From NCBI GenBank assembly GCA_963821085.1, contig CAWGCE010000007.1, forward strand, positions 344,328 through 408,327: DNA of 64,000 nucleotides. The letters are read 5' to 3'. Source of the DNA: an uncultured Planctomycetales bacterium. Its GTDB lineage: Bacteria; Planctomycetota; Planctomycetia; Pirellulales; Pirellulaceae. The notes below the pieces were generated by a model, which saw only the letters and a list, made by a program, of their open reading frames with translations, was not told where the DNA came from and did no database searches. Below are positions 1 to 8,943 of this stretch, piece after piece. The translations under genes and the position numbers were made by a program. Position 1 is the first letter of the stretch, and every line of letters starts with the position of its first letter.

Positions 1-228
1 CATCGTGGGGTTGGAAGCGAGGAAGCTGTGCCGGCCGACTTTCTCGCCCCCAATGACACTCTCGAACAGGCACGCTGCAGAACAGGGACCATCGCCCAAC
101 GACTCGTGCAGACGATGGAAGGCCAGTACCGGCGTGATCGAGTCACTGGCAATACGGCGATAAACCGGTACCAGTTGATGGCCGGCCGCGATGCGCTGGA
201 ACGATTCGAAATCTGGATAGGAAGGCAT
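1..228 (-). CDS. trpE: anthranilate synthase component I, N-terminal fragment (gene continues past left edge)
   Basis: Minus-strand ORF from ATG at 228 runs off the window. It reads MPSYPDFESFQRIAAGHQLVPVYRRIASDSITPVLAFHRL...CLFESVIGGEKVGRHSFLASNP. This fits the TrpE N-terminal pattern (LVPVYR..D..TPV, L.ESV.GGE..GR.SF). Confidence 0.75.
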   Translation of the reverse strand, partial: MPSYPDFESFQRIAAGHQLVPVYRRIASDSITPVLAFHRLHESLGDGPCSAACLFESVIGGEKVGRHSFLASNPTM

Positions 229-445
229 GCCTCACAGCGTATCAACGGAACTTCAGTGCAAGCAATGGCGTAATGGAAGTCGTTTGTCCCTTTGGTTACC
301 TTCGTCCGTTACGTCCCTCGTCCCAATGGATGAAAAAACGTCGTGGTTCACTTCCGAGCAGCGGAAGTTCGTCTTGCTAACATTCATCCATCAAGCTCAA
401 TTGCGACACATGAGTTGGGAAACTTGGTCGAAAAGTCGATTCGCC

Positions 446-473
446 TTGACAGTCCAAGCGCCATTGCTAGAAT
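446..473 (+). promoter_or_regulatory. sigma-70-like promoter candidate upstream of mcsA (TTGACA-N16-TAGAAT)
   Basis: TTGACA at 446-451, a 16-nt spacer, then TAGAAT at 468-473. It lies about 170 nt upstream of the mcsA start. Sequence match only. Confidence 0.45.
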
Positions 474-645
474 CCTCCCGATTAGCTTAGTAGTTGTCAG
501 GTAACGAGTTGCGGCGTTTTCATCGGTCGAGGTGAACAACATATTTCGAGTCGTTGTCGGCGCAGAGCCCGATTCGTGAAACGATAGAGAAATGGCGGCG
601 GCCAAAACGGACCAGCCCCAAGGCCCAGCGGAAGAAAAAGTTCGC

Positions 646-1143
646 ATGAAGTGTCAGCAATGCAATAAGCCAGCGACTTTTCACATCACCGAAATCGTTG
701 AATCGCAGCCGCAGGAATTACACCTGTGCGAAGACCACGCGCGGGACTACCTGTCGCACGCGGAGCCCGATGAACAGGAAACAGCGTCCACGATCGCTGG
801 CCAGCTCGCTCAACAATTGAAAGTCGGCCAAACGGCGGAAGAGCTGAGTCGACTTGATCAGCAGGCTTGTCCTGTCTGCGGAATCACTTTTTTTGAATTT
901 CGCAATCATGGTCGACTCGGTTGCCCGCACGACTACGAGTGTTTCGCCGACGAGCTGCAGCCTCTGCTGGTAAACATCCATGGCGAAACGGAACACCGGG
1001 GAAAGCGACCGGCCAATGCTGCCGGCGGCACGAGTGCAAACGATTTGATTCGATTGCGACGCGAAATGAAGGAAGCGGTAGATCGAGAAGAGTACGAGCT
1101 GGCCTCGCAAATCCGCGACAAGATCAAGAAGCTTGAAGAGTAA
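646..1143 (+). CDS. mcsA: McsA-like activator of protein arginine kinase (zinc-finger plus UVR domain)
   Basis: MKCQQCNKPATFHITEI...LCEDH, then CPVCGITF...LGCPHDYECF, then a C-terminal UVR motif REMKEAVDREEYELASQIRDKIKKLEE. It sits directly upstream of mcsB. The ORF opens at 592, but ATG 646 matches the usual MxCxxC start. Confidence 0.85.
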   Translation: MKCQQCNKPATFHITEIVESQPQELHLCEDHARDYLSHAEPDEQETASTIAGQLAQQLKVGQTAEELSRLDQQACPVCGITFFEFRNHGRLGCPHDYECFADELQPLLVNIHGETEHRGKRPANAAGGTSANDLIRLRREMKEAVDREEYELASQIRDKIKKLEE

Positions 1144-1218
1144 TTTCACCAATCGACGGTGTTTGACCGGTTGCCTTCGGCAACTGGCAAAACGCCGATA
1201 GCGGCATATGAGGCAAAG

Positions 1219-2310
1219 ATGGTTTCCAACCCCGCCCTTCATCAGCTGACCCAGCAATGCGGTGAGTGGCTTCGCGGCTCAGGTCCTGAGTCGGACATTG
1301 TGATCAGCAGTCGTATTCGGCTGGCGCGCAATCTGGGCAACTTTCCTTTTATCCGCCGCTGCACCGAACACGACCGCGCCTCGATCGAAAGCACGATCCG
1401 GGAAAAGTTCGCGACCGACAATACGCTGAAGAATCTCGTTTACCTGGATGTCGAAATGCTCGACCAGATGGATCGACAGTTTCTTGTTGAACGCCAGCTC
1501 ATCAGTCGGGAGCTCGCCGAAAGCGAGGGGGCTCGCGCCGTTGCAATCGACACCACGGAACAGTTCAGCATCATGATTAATGAAGAAGATCATTTGCGAA
1601 TTCAACTGATGAAGAGCGGGCTCGATCTGTCCGGTGCCTGGGATCAGATTGACGCAATCGATACGGCAATTGAAGGGCTGGTGCCCTATGCATTTGACGA
1701 TCGACTGGGTTACCTGACCGCCTGTCCTACCAACGTCGGGACGGGCATGCGGGTAAGCGTCATGCTCCATTTGCCCGCGCTCGTTCTGACACGTCAGATC
1801 GAAAAAGTCTTCCGCAGCCTGCAGAAGATCAGTTTGGCAGTTCGTGGTCTTTACGGTGAAGGCTCGCAGGCGATGGGCGACTTCTACCAAATCAGCAATC
1901 AGATCACATTGGGCCGTTCGGAAGCCGATCTGATCGATCAGGTAAGCGATGTCGTTCCGGTCTTGATCGACTATGAAAGAAAAGCACGCAAGTTCCTGGT
2001 CAACGAAAGCAAGAAAGACCTGCACGATCGTGTCAGCCGAGCCTACGGTATCCTCTGCACGGCGCAGACCATCACGAGTGAAGAGACCATGCATCTTCTG
2101 TCGAGTGTCCGCATGGGAGTCAATCTGGGATTGATCGACGATCTTGAGATTCCCGTTGTCAACCAATTGTTCATCCAAACGCAGCCTGCGCACCTGCAGA
2201 TGTTGCACGGATCGGAACTCGATTCTGCCGACCGAAACGCCGAACGAGCCATTTACTTGAGGCGTCACTTGCGCAAGGGCAAGTATCACGACGAATCGGA
2301 AAATAACTGA
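1219..2310 (+). CDS. mcsB: protein arginine kinase (ATP:guanido phosphotransferase)
   Basis: GPESDIVISSRIRLARNL, EEDHLRIQ and LTACPTNVGTGMRVSVMLHLPAL are guanidino-kinase signatures. A GAGG Shine-Dalgarno lies 5 nt before ATG 1219. The ORF opens at 1159. Confidence 0.92.
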   Translation: MVSNPALHQLTQQCGEWLRGSGPESDIVISSRIRLARNLGNFPFIRRCTEHDRASIESTIREKFATDNTLKNLVYLDVEMLDQMDRQFLVERQLISRELAESEGARAVAIDTTEQFSIMINEEDHLRIQLMKSGLDLSGAWDQIDAIDTAIEGLVPYAFDDRLGYLTACPTNVGTGMRVSVMLHLPALVLTRQIEKVFRSLQKISLAVRGLYGEGSQAMGDFYQISNQITLGRSEADLIDQVSDVVPVLIDYERKARKFLVNESKKDLHDRVSRAYGILCTAQTITSEETMHLLSSVRMGVNLGLIDDLEIPVVNQLFIQTQPAHLQMLHGSELDSADRNAERAIYLRRHLRKGKYHDESENN

Positions 2311-2389
2311 TAGGTCGGCTTGCCATGCATGGCCGAGATGCATTTTCTCGGCCGGCAGCCCAGGTTGATGACGCACCCTGAAGCTTGCG

Positions 2390-2971
2390 CTAGATGATCA
2401 GGCTCACCAGGTAGAGCACTACCATCACTCCGCCAATCAGCGACTTGCCTACCGACCCGAAGATTCGGCCCCAGAAAGCAGCAGCACCGACTTTCAGGCT
2501 GCCTTTTAATTCGCGTCGAACAGAATACTCGCCCGCGACAGCTCCCACCAATGCGCCCGAACCGGCAAAAAGCAGTACACCGATCACCGGTCCGGCAACC
2601 GGGATCGGCAAACCGACGACGGCTCCGAGAATCCCGCCAACAAACGAGCCAAGCAGCGCCAAAGTAGCACTCCTTCGGCTGCCTCCGGTTCTGGCGACGC
2701 CAACAGCTCCCGTCGCCATTTCAACAACCTCTCCGGACACCGCAAGAAGCGCCAGGACACCCAATACGACCCAACCAAGTTGCAATCGTCCGTCAGGCGC
2801 CAACAACAAGTCATAGGCGATGGCCACGAGCAGGATCAACCAATTCCCTGGCATGCCAATTAGCGTGAGCACCCAACCGGCGAAGACGGCCAAAATCCCA
2901 CCGGCCACCGCCAACACCGTGAGCGCAATGGCTCCATACTGAGCGACAAATTGGAGAATGGTGTCGAGCAT
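2390..2971 (-). CDS. DUF456-like integral membrane protein
   Basis: MLDTILQFVAQYGAIALTVLAVAGGILAVFAGWVLTLIGMPGNWLILLVAIAYD. The protein is a Gly/Ala/Val-rich polytopic membrane protein. Start taken at the internal ATG (ORF opens at 3079). Confidence 0.65.
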   Translation of the reverse strand: MLDTILQFVAQYGAIALTVLAVAGGILAVFAGWVLTLIGMPGNWLILLVAIAYDLLLAPDGRLQLGWVVLGVLALLAVSGEVVEMATGAVGVARTGGSRRSATLALLGSFVGGILGAVVGLPIPVAGPVIGVLLFAGSGALVGAVAGEYSVRRELKGSLKVGAAAFWGRIFGSVGKSLIGGVMVVLYLVSLII

Positions 2972-3083
2972 GCGGGGCGTGTTTTTTGTTGATCGGTACG
3001 GTTTGCAGGGCGCGATCCGTTCTAGTCCGTCCTCATGGCAACGTCCATCAGGGCAGCCAATTCCGGCGTGTTCTCTCACCGTA

Positions 3084-3112
3084 TAAAAAAACCACGCCCA
3101 GCGAGGGCGTGG
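3084..3112 (-). terminator. rho-independent terminator downstream of hsp20
   Basis: On the minus strand, CCACGCCC-tcgct-GGGCGTGG is followed by an 8-nt T run. It lies about 50 nt after the hsp20 stop. Confidence 0.7.
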
Positions 3113-3164
3113 TCACATTTTCCCCGAGGGGTCAGGGGAATTTGCAGGTTCGCGAGGACCCGTT

Positions 3165-3635
3165 CTAGTCCTGCGAGTTTACCTGTATGCGTTTCGGCTG
3201 AGCCTTTGCCGTCTTGGGAACAAAAATGTGCAATACGCCATTTTTGTAGTCCGCGGTCACCGAATCAACTTCCATATCCGGCCCCAGGTTGAACGTACGT
3301 CGGAACTTGCCGAATTGCCGTTCAACACGATGAAATGTTTTTCCTTCAACAGACACTTCTTTGTCGCGTTCGCCGCTGACAGTCAGCCGACCTTCATGAA
3401 GTTCGATGTTAAAGGCGTCCGCTTTCATGCCAGGGAGGTCCAGCGTGATTTCATAACTGTTGTCCGTTTCGGCGACGTTGGTTCGCGGGATGAAAGCCGA
3501 AACATCATCGCTCCACGTCTCCGGATCCTGAATGCGGCCCACGAACTCGTCCATCTCACGACGAACGGCATCGAGGATTTGACCACCGGTTGTATTCCAT
3601 TGCTTATTCATGTTTCGCACCATTGCATCCTCCAT
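3165..3635 (-). CDS. Hsp20/alpha-crystallin small heat-shock protein
   Basis: IPRTNVAETDNSYEITLDLPGMKADAFNIELHEGRLTVSGERDKE...FHRVERQFGKFRRTFNLGPDMEVDSVTADYKNGVLHIFVPK. Alternative start at 3623 with a GGAGG 5 nt upstream. Confidence 0.9.
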   Translation of the reverse strand: MEDAMVRNMNKQWNTTGGQILDAVRREMDEFVGRIQDPETWSDDVSAFIPRTNVAETDNSYEITLDLPGMKADAFNIELHEGRLTVSGERDKEVSVEGKTFHRVERQFGKFRRTFNLGPDMEVDSVTADYKNGVLHIFVPKTAKAQPKRIQVNSQD

Positions 3636-3720
3636 ACGGGTAACAAGCGGCACGGTTCGCTTCTTCTGGCACCAAAGCAGTTGCCGCAAAGTAACCTTGG
3701 CCCCACTGCACCCGTTAGTA

Positions 3721-3736
3721 AGCAAAGGTCGTGCCA
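3721..3736 (-). promoter_or_regulatory. sigma-54 (RpoN) -24/-12 promoter upstream of hsp20
   Basis: The minus strand reads TGGCACG-ACCT-TTGCT. This matches the TGGCACG-N4-TTGCW consensus exactly, with correct GG-to-GC spacing. It lies about 85-100 nt upstream of the hsp20 start. Confidence 0.6.
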
Positions 3737-3783
3737 ATTTCTGCCCGGGAACCGCTAACGCATTCTCGCGATTGAACTTAGGT

Positions 3784-3809
3784 AGTTTTCTGGACAATCC
3801 CAGAAAACT
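3784..3809. promoter_or_regulatory. 10-bp perfect inverted repeat, candidate enhancer-binding-protein site
   Basis: AGTTTTCTGG-acaatc-CCAGAAAACT. It lies about 50-70 bp upstream of the -24 element, a typical position for a bEBP upstream activating sequence. Confidence 0.4.
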
Positions 3810-3924
3810 CAAAAGGTAAGCTGCCGCTGTCAAATTGGCAGCAGCTAATCGTCAAACGCGGATGAGACCTAATCGGATTGGAACTATTGGGAAAGCTTGG
3901 CACGTCGCAAGAGGCAGTACGGAT

Positions 3925-4833
3925 ATGCGTCCCATGTTCCCTTTGCGGATGAGCTCTCAGCACCTGCAGCCCGACTCGAATGAAAGCCGACGCTTTCATG
4001 GTGACGTTGTTCTGCAGCGTCTCGTTTTGGGCAATGGAGGGCCAGCGATGCCACGGACGCGGAAACCAGGCAGGTTGCAGTTTTGTATCGAGCTGGGCCT
4101 GTCGCCAAATCAGACCGCATTGTCTCAGCATCGACAACTGGTTGTATTGGCCGAGATGCTCTCTGGCACTCTACATCATCGCGGGGTCTCGGCGACATGG
4201 GCTGTCGCCGATCCAGGACTTGGGTTCATTCGCGAGACCCTGTCAAGCAGCAAGTCCCACGATCTTGCTCTGCTGGTGGACCATAGCTGGGCCTTGAATG
4301 ACGAAGAGCAATTTGCCCGAGAACTGAACCGACGGCTGTCGATCGCAATCGACAATCGTTTGCAGGTTCGGTCACTTGTTTTTGCCAGGCACTGCGAAGT
4401 CCGCTGGCTCCGTCCAATATCGAAGTGCAACCTGAATGTGGTCCGGTGGGATGGTCTGCGCGATACCACCGCCTCGTACACGAGGGCGTCGGTGCACGAG
4501 CTAACGAAACAGGGCTGTCTACATCTCAACAGCTCGGCGCTGTTTCCGGGAACTGGCGGCATCCTTTCCGGGGGCGACATGTCATTCGCTGCAAAACGAG
4601 TCTTGCATCGTGCCATGAAGCAGGGCTCGACCGAACACGTCTCGATTTGTGTCGCCGACATGCTCGCAGCGCCGGCACGAACCGTCAGGGCGTTGGACCG
4701 AATGCTCGTTCATGCAGTGCGACTAGAACGTGCTGGACGTATTCAGGTCGAGACCATACAGCAGGCTACGACGCGACTCTGCCCAACCGCGACTGGAAAA
4801 CGCGCTCACTCGATCCTTCGACCTGCTGCTTGA
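3925..4833 (+). CDS. hypothetical protein (start uncertain; 4048 also possible)
   Basis: Long ORF divergent from hsp20 with protein-like composition (…ATWAVADPGLGFIRETLSSSKSHDLALLVDHSWALNDEEQFARELNRRL…). No family recognised. Confidence 0.45.
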   Translation: MRPMFPLRMSSQHLQPDSNESRRFHGDVVLQRLVLGNGGPAMPRTRKPGRLQFCIELGLSPNQTALSQHRQLVVLAEMLSGTLHHRGVSATWAVADPGLGFIRETLSSSKSHDLALLVDHSWALNDEEQFARELNRRLSIAIDNRLQVRSLVFARHCEVRWLRPISKCNLNVVRWDGLRDTTASYTRASVHELTKQGCLHLNSSALFPGTGGILSGGDMSFAAKRVLHRAMKQGSTEHVSICVADMLAAPARTVRALDRMLVHAVRLERAGRIQVETIQQATTRLCPTATGKRAHSILRPAA

Positions 4834-4884
4834 CGCAAGGCGCCGCCGCCTTGCCGTTTGCCGCAGTGTCGGTGGCGCAAACAA

Positions 4885-5067
4885 TCAGCGCAGGTCTTTC
4901 AGCGTCGTCCAGCTGATGTAACCCAGACCGGCTGCTGAGACCAGAAAGATGATGTCCATCATGATCGACGCCTTCTGGAATGGCACGCCAATCGCCAGAT
5001 CGGCAGCGAAGAGCACCAACAGCAGGATGGCAATCACGATCGACATGATTGTCAGCGCACGTGCCAT
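4885..5067 (-). CDS. small hydrophobic membrane protein (hypothetical)
   Basis: MARALTIMSIVIAILLLVLFAADLAIGVPFQKASIMMDIIFLVSAAGLGYISWTTLKDLR. Two predicted TM helices. Confidence 0.4.
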   Translation of the reverse strand: MARALTIMSIVIAILLLVLFAADLAIGVPFQKASIMMDIIFLVSAAGLGYISWTTLKDLR

Positions 5068-5360
5068 GAGCCTAGCCTGCCTGAAAAAACTGTAAAAGCG
5101 GCGATCTTCAAAGTTGGGGAGGATACCGTCGACCGCGTCCGTTAACAAGAACGGCGAAAGTTGATCATGTCGCGCCCGCTGGCAGGACGGAGCAGTTCCG
5201 CGCGATTTCTCGCCTTGAACTCGGTCTGGCTAACCACCAGCGAAACGACGATATTGTGGTCTCTCGTGACCGACGGAACACCGAAACACTGCAACTTTTA
5301 AGTATAATCGCCGGGATCCGTGTGTCACGCCACTGCAACCTTCTCTGCGTTTAGACAACC

Positions 5361-6552
5361 ATGAAACCTGTTCCATCATCTTCCGAGTCCGCCAATTGTA
5401 GCGATCGTGCGAATTGGCAGGCGTTTCAGAGTCAGATGCCCGTTAAGCGAAAATGGGCCTATTTCGACAACGCGGCGGTTGCACCGCTGCCCTTGGCGAC
5501 CGTGAAAGCGGTCGAACAGTGGCTCGAGCTCGCCGCCCACGAGGGCGATGCGGTCTGGTTAGATTGGTCGAAACGCACCATGGAAGTTCGCCGGACAGCA
5601 GCTCGCATGATTGGAGCGGACACGTCCGAGGTGGCTTTCGTGGCAAACACGACGGCGGGAATTGGGTTGGTCGCCGAAGGCTTTCCTTGGAAATCGGGCG
5701 ATAATGTCGTCACCTTCGCCAACGAATTCCCCTCGAACCTTTACCCCTGGATGAATCTCGCCAGCTTGGGCGTAGAGACCCGCATGGTCCCGGTCGAAGG
5801 CGGCATTCCCGATTTGTGTCGGTTGCGCGAAGCGTGCGACGAACGGACCCGCATCATTTCTGTCAGTTGGATTGGCTACGCCAGCGGGTATCGCCTGCAT
5901 GTCGAAGAAGTAGCGGCGCTTGCTCGCGAGAAAAACGCATTTTTCTTTTTGGATGCAATTCAGGGGCTGGGCGCTTTTCCTCTGGATGTTGCAACGGCCG
6001 GAGTCGATTTCCTGGCCGCGGATGGCCACAAGTGGATGGTGGCCCCGGAAGGAGCTGGTGTGATGTATGTGAATCAGCGGGCGCTAGTCGATTGCACCCT
6101 GGGAGTTGGCTGGAACAGTGTAAAGAACCGCAGCGATTATGGGCGTGTGGAATTGAACCTTCGTGACGAAGCAAGTCGCTACGAAGGTGGTTCGATGAAC
6201 ATGATGGGCCTGCATGCCTTGCGGCACAAGTCTAGATTTGATTAGTTCGCTGGGGATCACGCCGCACGAGTCGCCAATTGGCGATCGCATCGTGCAGCTG
6301 TCTGATTACGCTTGCGACCAACTGGAACAGCACGGTGCCATCGTGTTGTCGCCCCGAGTTAACGGCCACAAGTCGGGGATTATTGTGTTTGAAGTTCCCG
6401 GCATCGAACCGGCCGCCTTTCGCGATCGGTGCTTGCAGCAGGGAGTTGTTGTGAGCTGCCGGGGCGGAGGAGTTCGAATCAGTCCGCACGCTTACAATGA
6501 CGAACTGGAAATCGACAAATTGACGCAAATCGTTTCTGACATGGTCGCGTGA
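5361..6552 (+). pseudogene. class V aminotransferase (cysteine desulfurase / selenocysteine lyase-like), frameshifted as assembled
   Basis: [10 protein letters not shown], the ADGHKW PLP-lysine motif and [15 protein letters not shown] lie in frame 0. [12 protein letters not shown]...VVVSCRGGGVRISPHAYN continues in frame +1. The junction is near 6219-6224. Confidence 0.8.
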
Positions 6553-6607
6553 AACGCAACCGTGCAATCGTCCTGACATCCGTTCCGCCTGACTACCTGA
6601 GGATTCA

Positions 6608-7318
6608 ATGTCCAACCAATCCGACCGTATCGCGGTGTATACAGGCTCATTTGATCCAATCACGCTAGGCCACCTTAACGTCATTGAACGAGCCGCCTCG
6701 CTCGTCGACCGGCTGGTCGTTGGCATCGGTATCAATGTCGAGAAGCAGGCCATGTTTCCACCGGACCAGCGCATCGAACTCGTCCGCGCGGCAACCTCCG
6801 GAATTGCAGGCGTTGAAGTAAAAAGTTTTGAGGGTCTGGCGGTGAAATTTGTGCGGGATTGCGGCGCTCGGGTGATGGTTCGTGGCATTCGACCGCTGAC
6901 CGACATCGCCGCCGAATTCACGATGATGCTCGCCAACCGTGAACTGGATGCCGACGTCGAGACGATTTTCCTGATGGCCGACCAAAGCCTGGCTCATGTC
7001 TCGAGCACCCTCATCAAGCAAATCGCGCCGCTGGCAACCGACGAGATGCTGGGACGATTCGTGCCGCCAATCATCATCCCGGCGCTGCGAGAAAATCGGC
7101 GGCTGATGCGGTTCTCAGGTAAACCTGGACTTTCCCATTCTCATTCCCGCCCACTGCCGATTCGCCGATTCCCTCCGGATTTGCTGTTGCCTAAAGAACA
7201 GGAATGGCGAATCATTCCACGAGGATCGACAACAGTGCGTACGGCGGCGAGAGCCCAACAGAGGATTCGTGCGACAGTTGTTCACGCATTGAAAACTTGC
7301 ATCACCGACGGCGCATAA
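6608..7318 (+). CDS. coaD: phosphopantetheine adenylyltransferase; 3' end doubtful
   Basis: IAVYTGSFDPITLGHLNVIERA and AHVSSTLIKQI are CoaD signatures. The family is usually about 160 aa. This ORF adds about 70 Arg/Pro-rich residues after ALRENRR. Confidence 0.85.
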   Translation: MSNQSDRIAVYTGSFDPITLGHLNVIERAASLVDRLVVGIGINVEKQAMFPPDQRIELVRAATSGIAGVEVKSFEGLAVKFVRDCGARVMVRGIRPLTDIAAEFTMMLANRELDADVETIFLMADQSLAHVSSTLIKQIAPLATDEMLGRFVPPIIIPALRENRRLMRFSGKPGLSHSHSRPLPIRRFPPDLLLPKEQEWRIIPRGSTTVRTAARAQQRIRATVVHALKTCITDGA

Positions 7319-7402
7319 CGACACCGCTGTACGAGTCGCATTGGAAGGCGACAAAAGTGGAAAAAGCTGACTTACCTTTACGACCAAAGCCTGGAGTTTA
7401 CT

Positions 7403-8101
7403 GTGTATTTTGATCCGATCTATTTCCTGATGCTGGCCCCCGCTTTGCTGCTGGGCTTTTATGCGCAAATGAAAGTCAAGTCGACGTACGCGCGAGCCAA
7501 TCAGCAAGCTGCGCGGCTCAGCGGCGCCGCGACGGCGAGGCTGTTACTTGACGAAGCAGGACTGCAATCGATCAAAGTCGAACAGACTCCGGGCCATCTG
7601 AGTGATCACTACGACCCGCGGGGGAAAGTCCTGCGATTGAGTTCAGAGGTCTATAACGGCAGAACCATGGCCGCCGTGGGGATCGCGGCTCATGAAACAG
7701 GACACGCCTTGCAAGATGCCAAAGGCTACGCACCCCTGGTTATCCGCAATGCAGCTGTGCCGGCTGCGAATTTCGGCAGCCAGTCGGGCACGGCGATGTT
7801 ATTCGGCGGTATTTTGCTGACGAGCATGGGCATCGCGTTTGGAAAAACGCTGTTTCTTGTTGGCATCCTCCTGTTTGCCACCGTGGTTGTCTTCCAATTG
7901 GTCAACCTGCCCGTCGAATTCGATGCAAGTTCACGTGCAAAACGGCTGCTTGTCGAGCGCGGCATCGTACCCCATGACGAAATGGTCTTCGTGAACAAGG
8001 TACTGAATGCCGCCGCGTTGACGTATGTCGCCGCGACGTTGCAGGCTGTACTGACGCTGCTGTACTACGTCATGCGCTACATGGGAAATTCGAGGGACTA
8101 G
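7403..8101 (+). CDS. YugP-like membrane zinc metallopeptidase (Zn_peptidase_2 type)
   Basis: MYFDPIYFLMLAPALLLGFYAQMKVKSTY...HLSDHYDPRGKVLRLSSEVY...AAHETGHALQD, with C-terminal TM helices. Confidence 0.85.
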   Translation: MYFDPIYFLMLAPALLLGFYAQMKVKSTYARANQQAARLSGAATARLLLDEAGLQSIKVEQTPGHLSDHYDPRGKVLRLSSEVYNGRTMAAVGIAAHETGHALQDAKGYAPLVIRNAAVPAANFGSQSGTAMLFGGILLTSMGIAFGKTLFLVGILLFATVVVFQLVNLPVEFDASSRAKRLLVERGIVPHDEMVFVNKVLNAAALTYVAATLQAVLTLLYYVMRYMGNSRD

Positions 8102-8209
8102 TGCGAGTCGCACAGACGTAGAGCGTGTGCGTCGCTGGTTGCGCAGAATCGCGCCACCTACGGTTGTCCGTCGGCTGGTGCATCCGCCGCGTCCTCATTT
8201 CGTCCATGG

Positions 8210-8728
8210 TCACCGGCTTGGCGCATTCGAGCGTGGAGCTTCGTTCGTCGCTTTCCAACCAATAAACATGCCCCAGGCCTCCTGCTCGCTGACGTTTGCT
8301 GAGGCCGGTAGCAAATGGCCGTGTGTGTCGATGGCCGCGACTCCCGAAGTCTTTTCAGTTGCATCATGTCCCAGTTTGATGGTTGGGGCGCTGATGTCAC
8401 CAAACGACTTCAAGTATCCACCACCCGGTTCGGCACCCATTTCAATGGTCCGCGGTCGTGGCTTCAACTCCAAACCGGTTGGCCCATGCCCCGCGGCATC
8501 CGTCGCGATGGAACCATACATCACGAACACGCCCGCCTGATCGCCAGTCGACGCCATGTTGCTATCCAATTCGATCAATGGTCTGCCGTCAATCGCTTCG
8601 ACGGTGAGGCGTTTGCAGGTGATCGATTCAAACTGGCCGTTTGTCGGCAGCGCAAACTGGTCCTTCAAGCCGGACAACAACGAAAAGAACAATAACGGGT
8701 AGATGATCCAGCGTTCTCGATTGGACAT
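8210..8728 (-). CDS. hypothetical protein with N-terminal membrane anchor
   Basis: MSNRERWIIYPLLFFSLLSGL followed by a soluble domain. No recognised motif. Confidence 0.45.
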   Translation of the reverse strand: MSNRERWIIYPLLFFSLLSGLKDQFALPTNGQFESITCKRLTVEAIDGRPLIELDSNMASTGDQAGVFVMYGSIATDAAGHGPTGLELKPRPRTIEMGAEPGGGYLKSFGDISAPTIKLGHDATEKTSGVAAIDTHGHLLPASANVSEQEAWGMFIGWKATNEAPRSNAPSR

Positions 8729-8943
8729 ACGCTTGCCGATTCCTTGCGCAACTTGAATTGCGGCATATTCTGTAAAGGGATGATTGACCGGGTGAAAGTG
8801 CCGCTACCAGTCGGACGTCAGATCGCTTTCAGAATCGCGATTTTACACCGATTCAAGGTTTCGATTCCGGCACAATACACGTGACTTCGCGTGCAACTCG
8901 CACCAGCTTAACCGATTGGCAGCCGGATGGAATTCCGCCAGCT

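Noticed and set aside
426-440. GGTCGAAAAGTCGAT upstream of mcsA as a CtsR operator
   Set aside because: The CtsR box is a direct heptad repeat GGTCAAA-N3-GGTCAAA. Here the second half-site and spacing do not fit.
1279-2376. 365-aa minus-strand ORF opposite mcsB. Similar long antisense ORFs include 6232-6936, 12439-12912, 25581-26108, 40031-40585, 49517-50905 and 53957-54535.
   Set aside because: Each lies antisense to a gene with strong family signatures and has Arg/Gly/Pro-rich, motif-free translations typical of shadow ORFs in GC-rich DNA.
5288-5339. Direct repeat CACTGCAAC x2 flanking a TATAAT hexamer upstream of the aminotransferase gene, as promoter/operator
   Set aside because: No acceptable -35 hexamer lies 17 nt from TATAAT. 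A 9-nt repeat occurring twice could be chance. Evidence is too weak to annotate.
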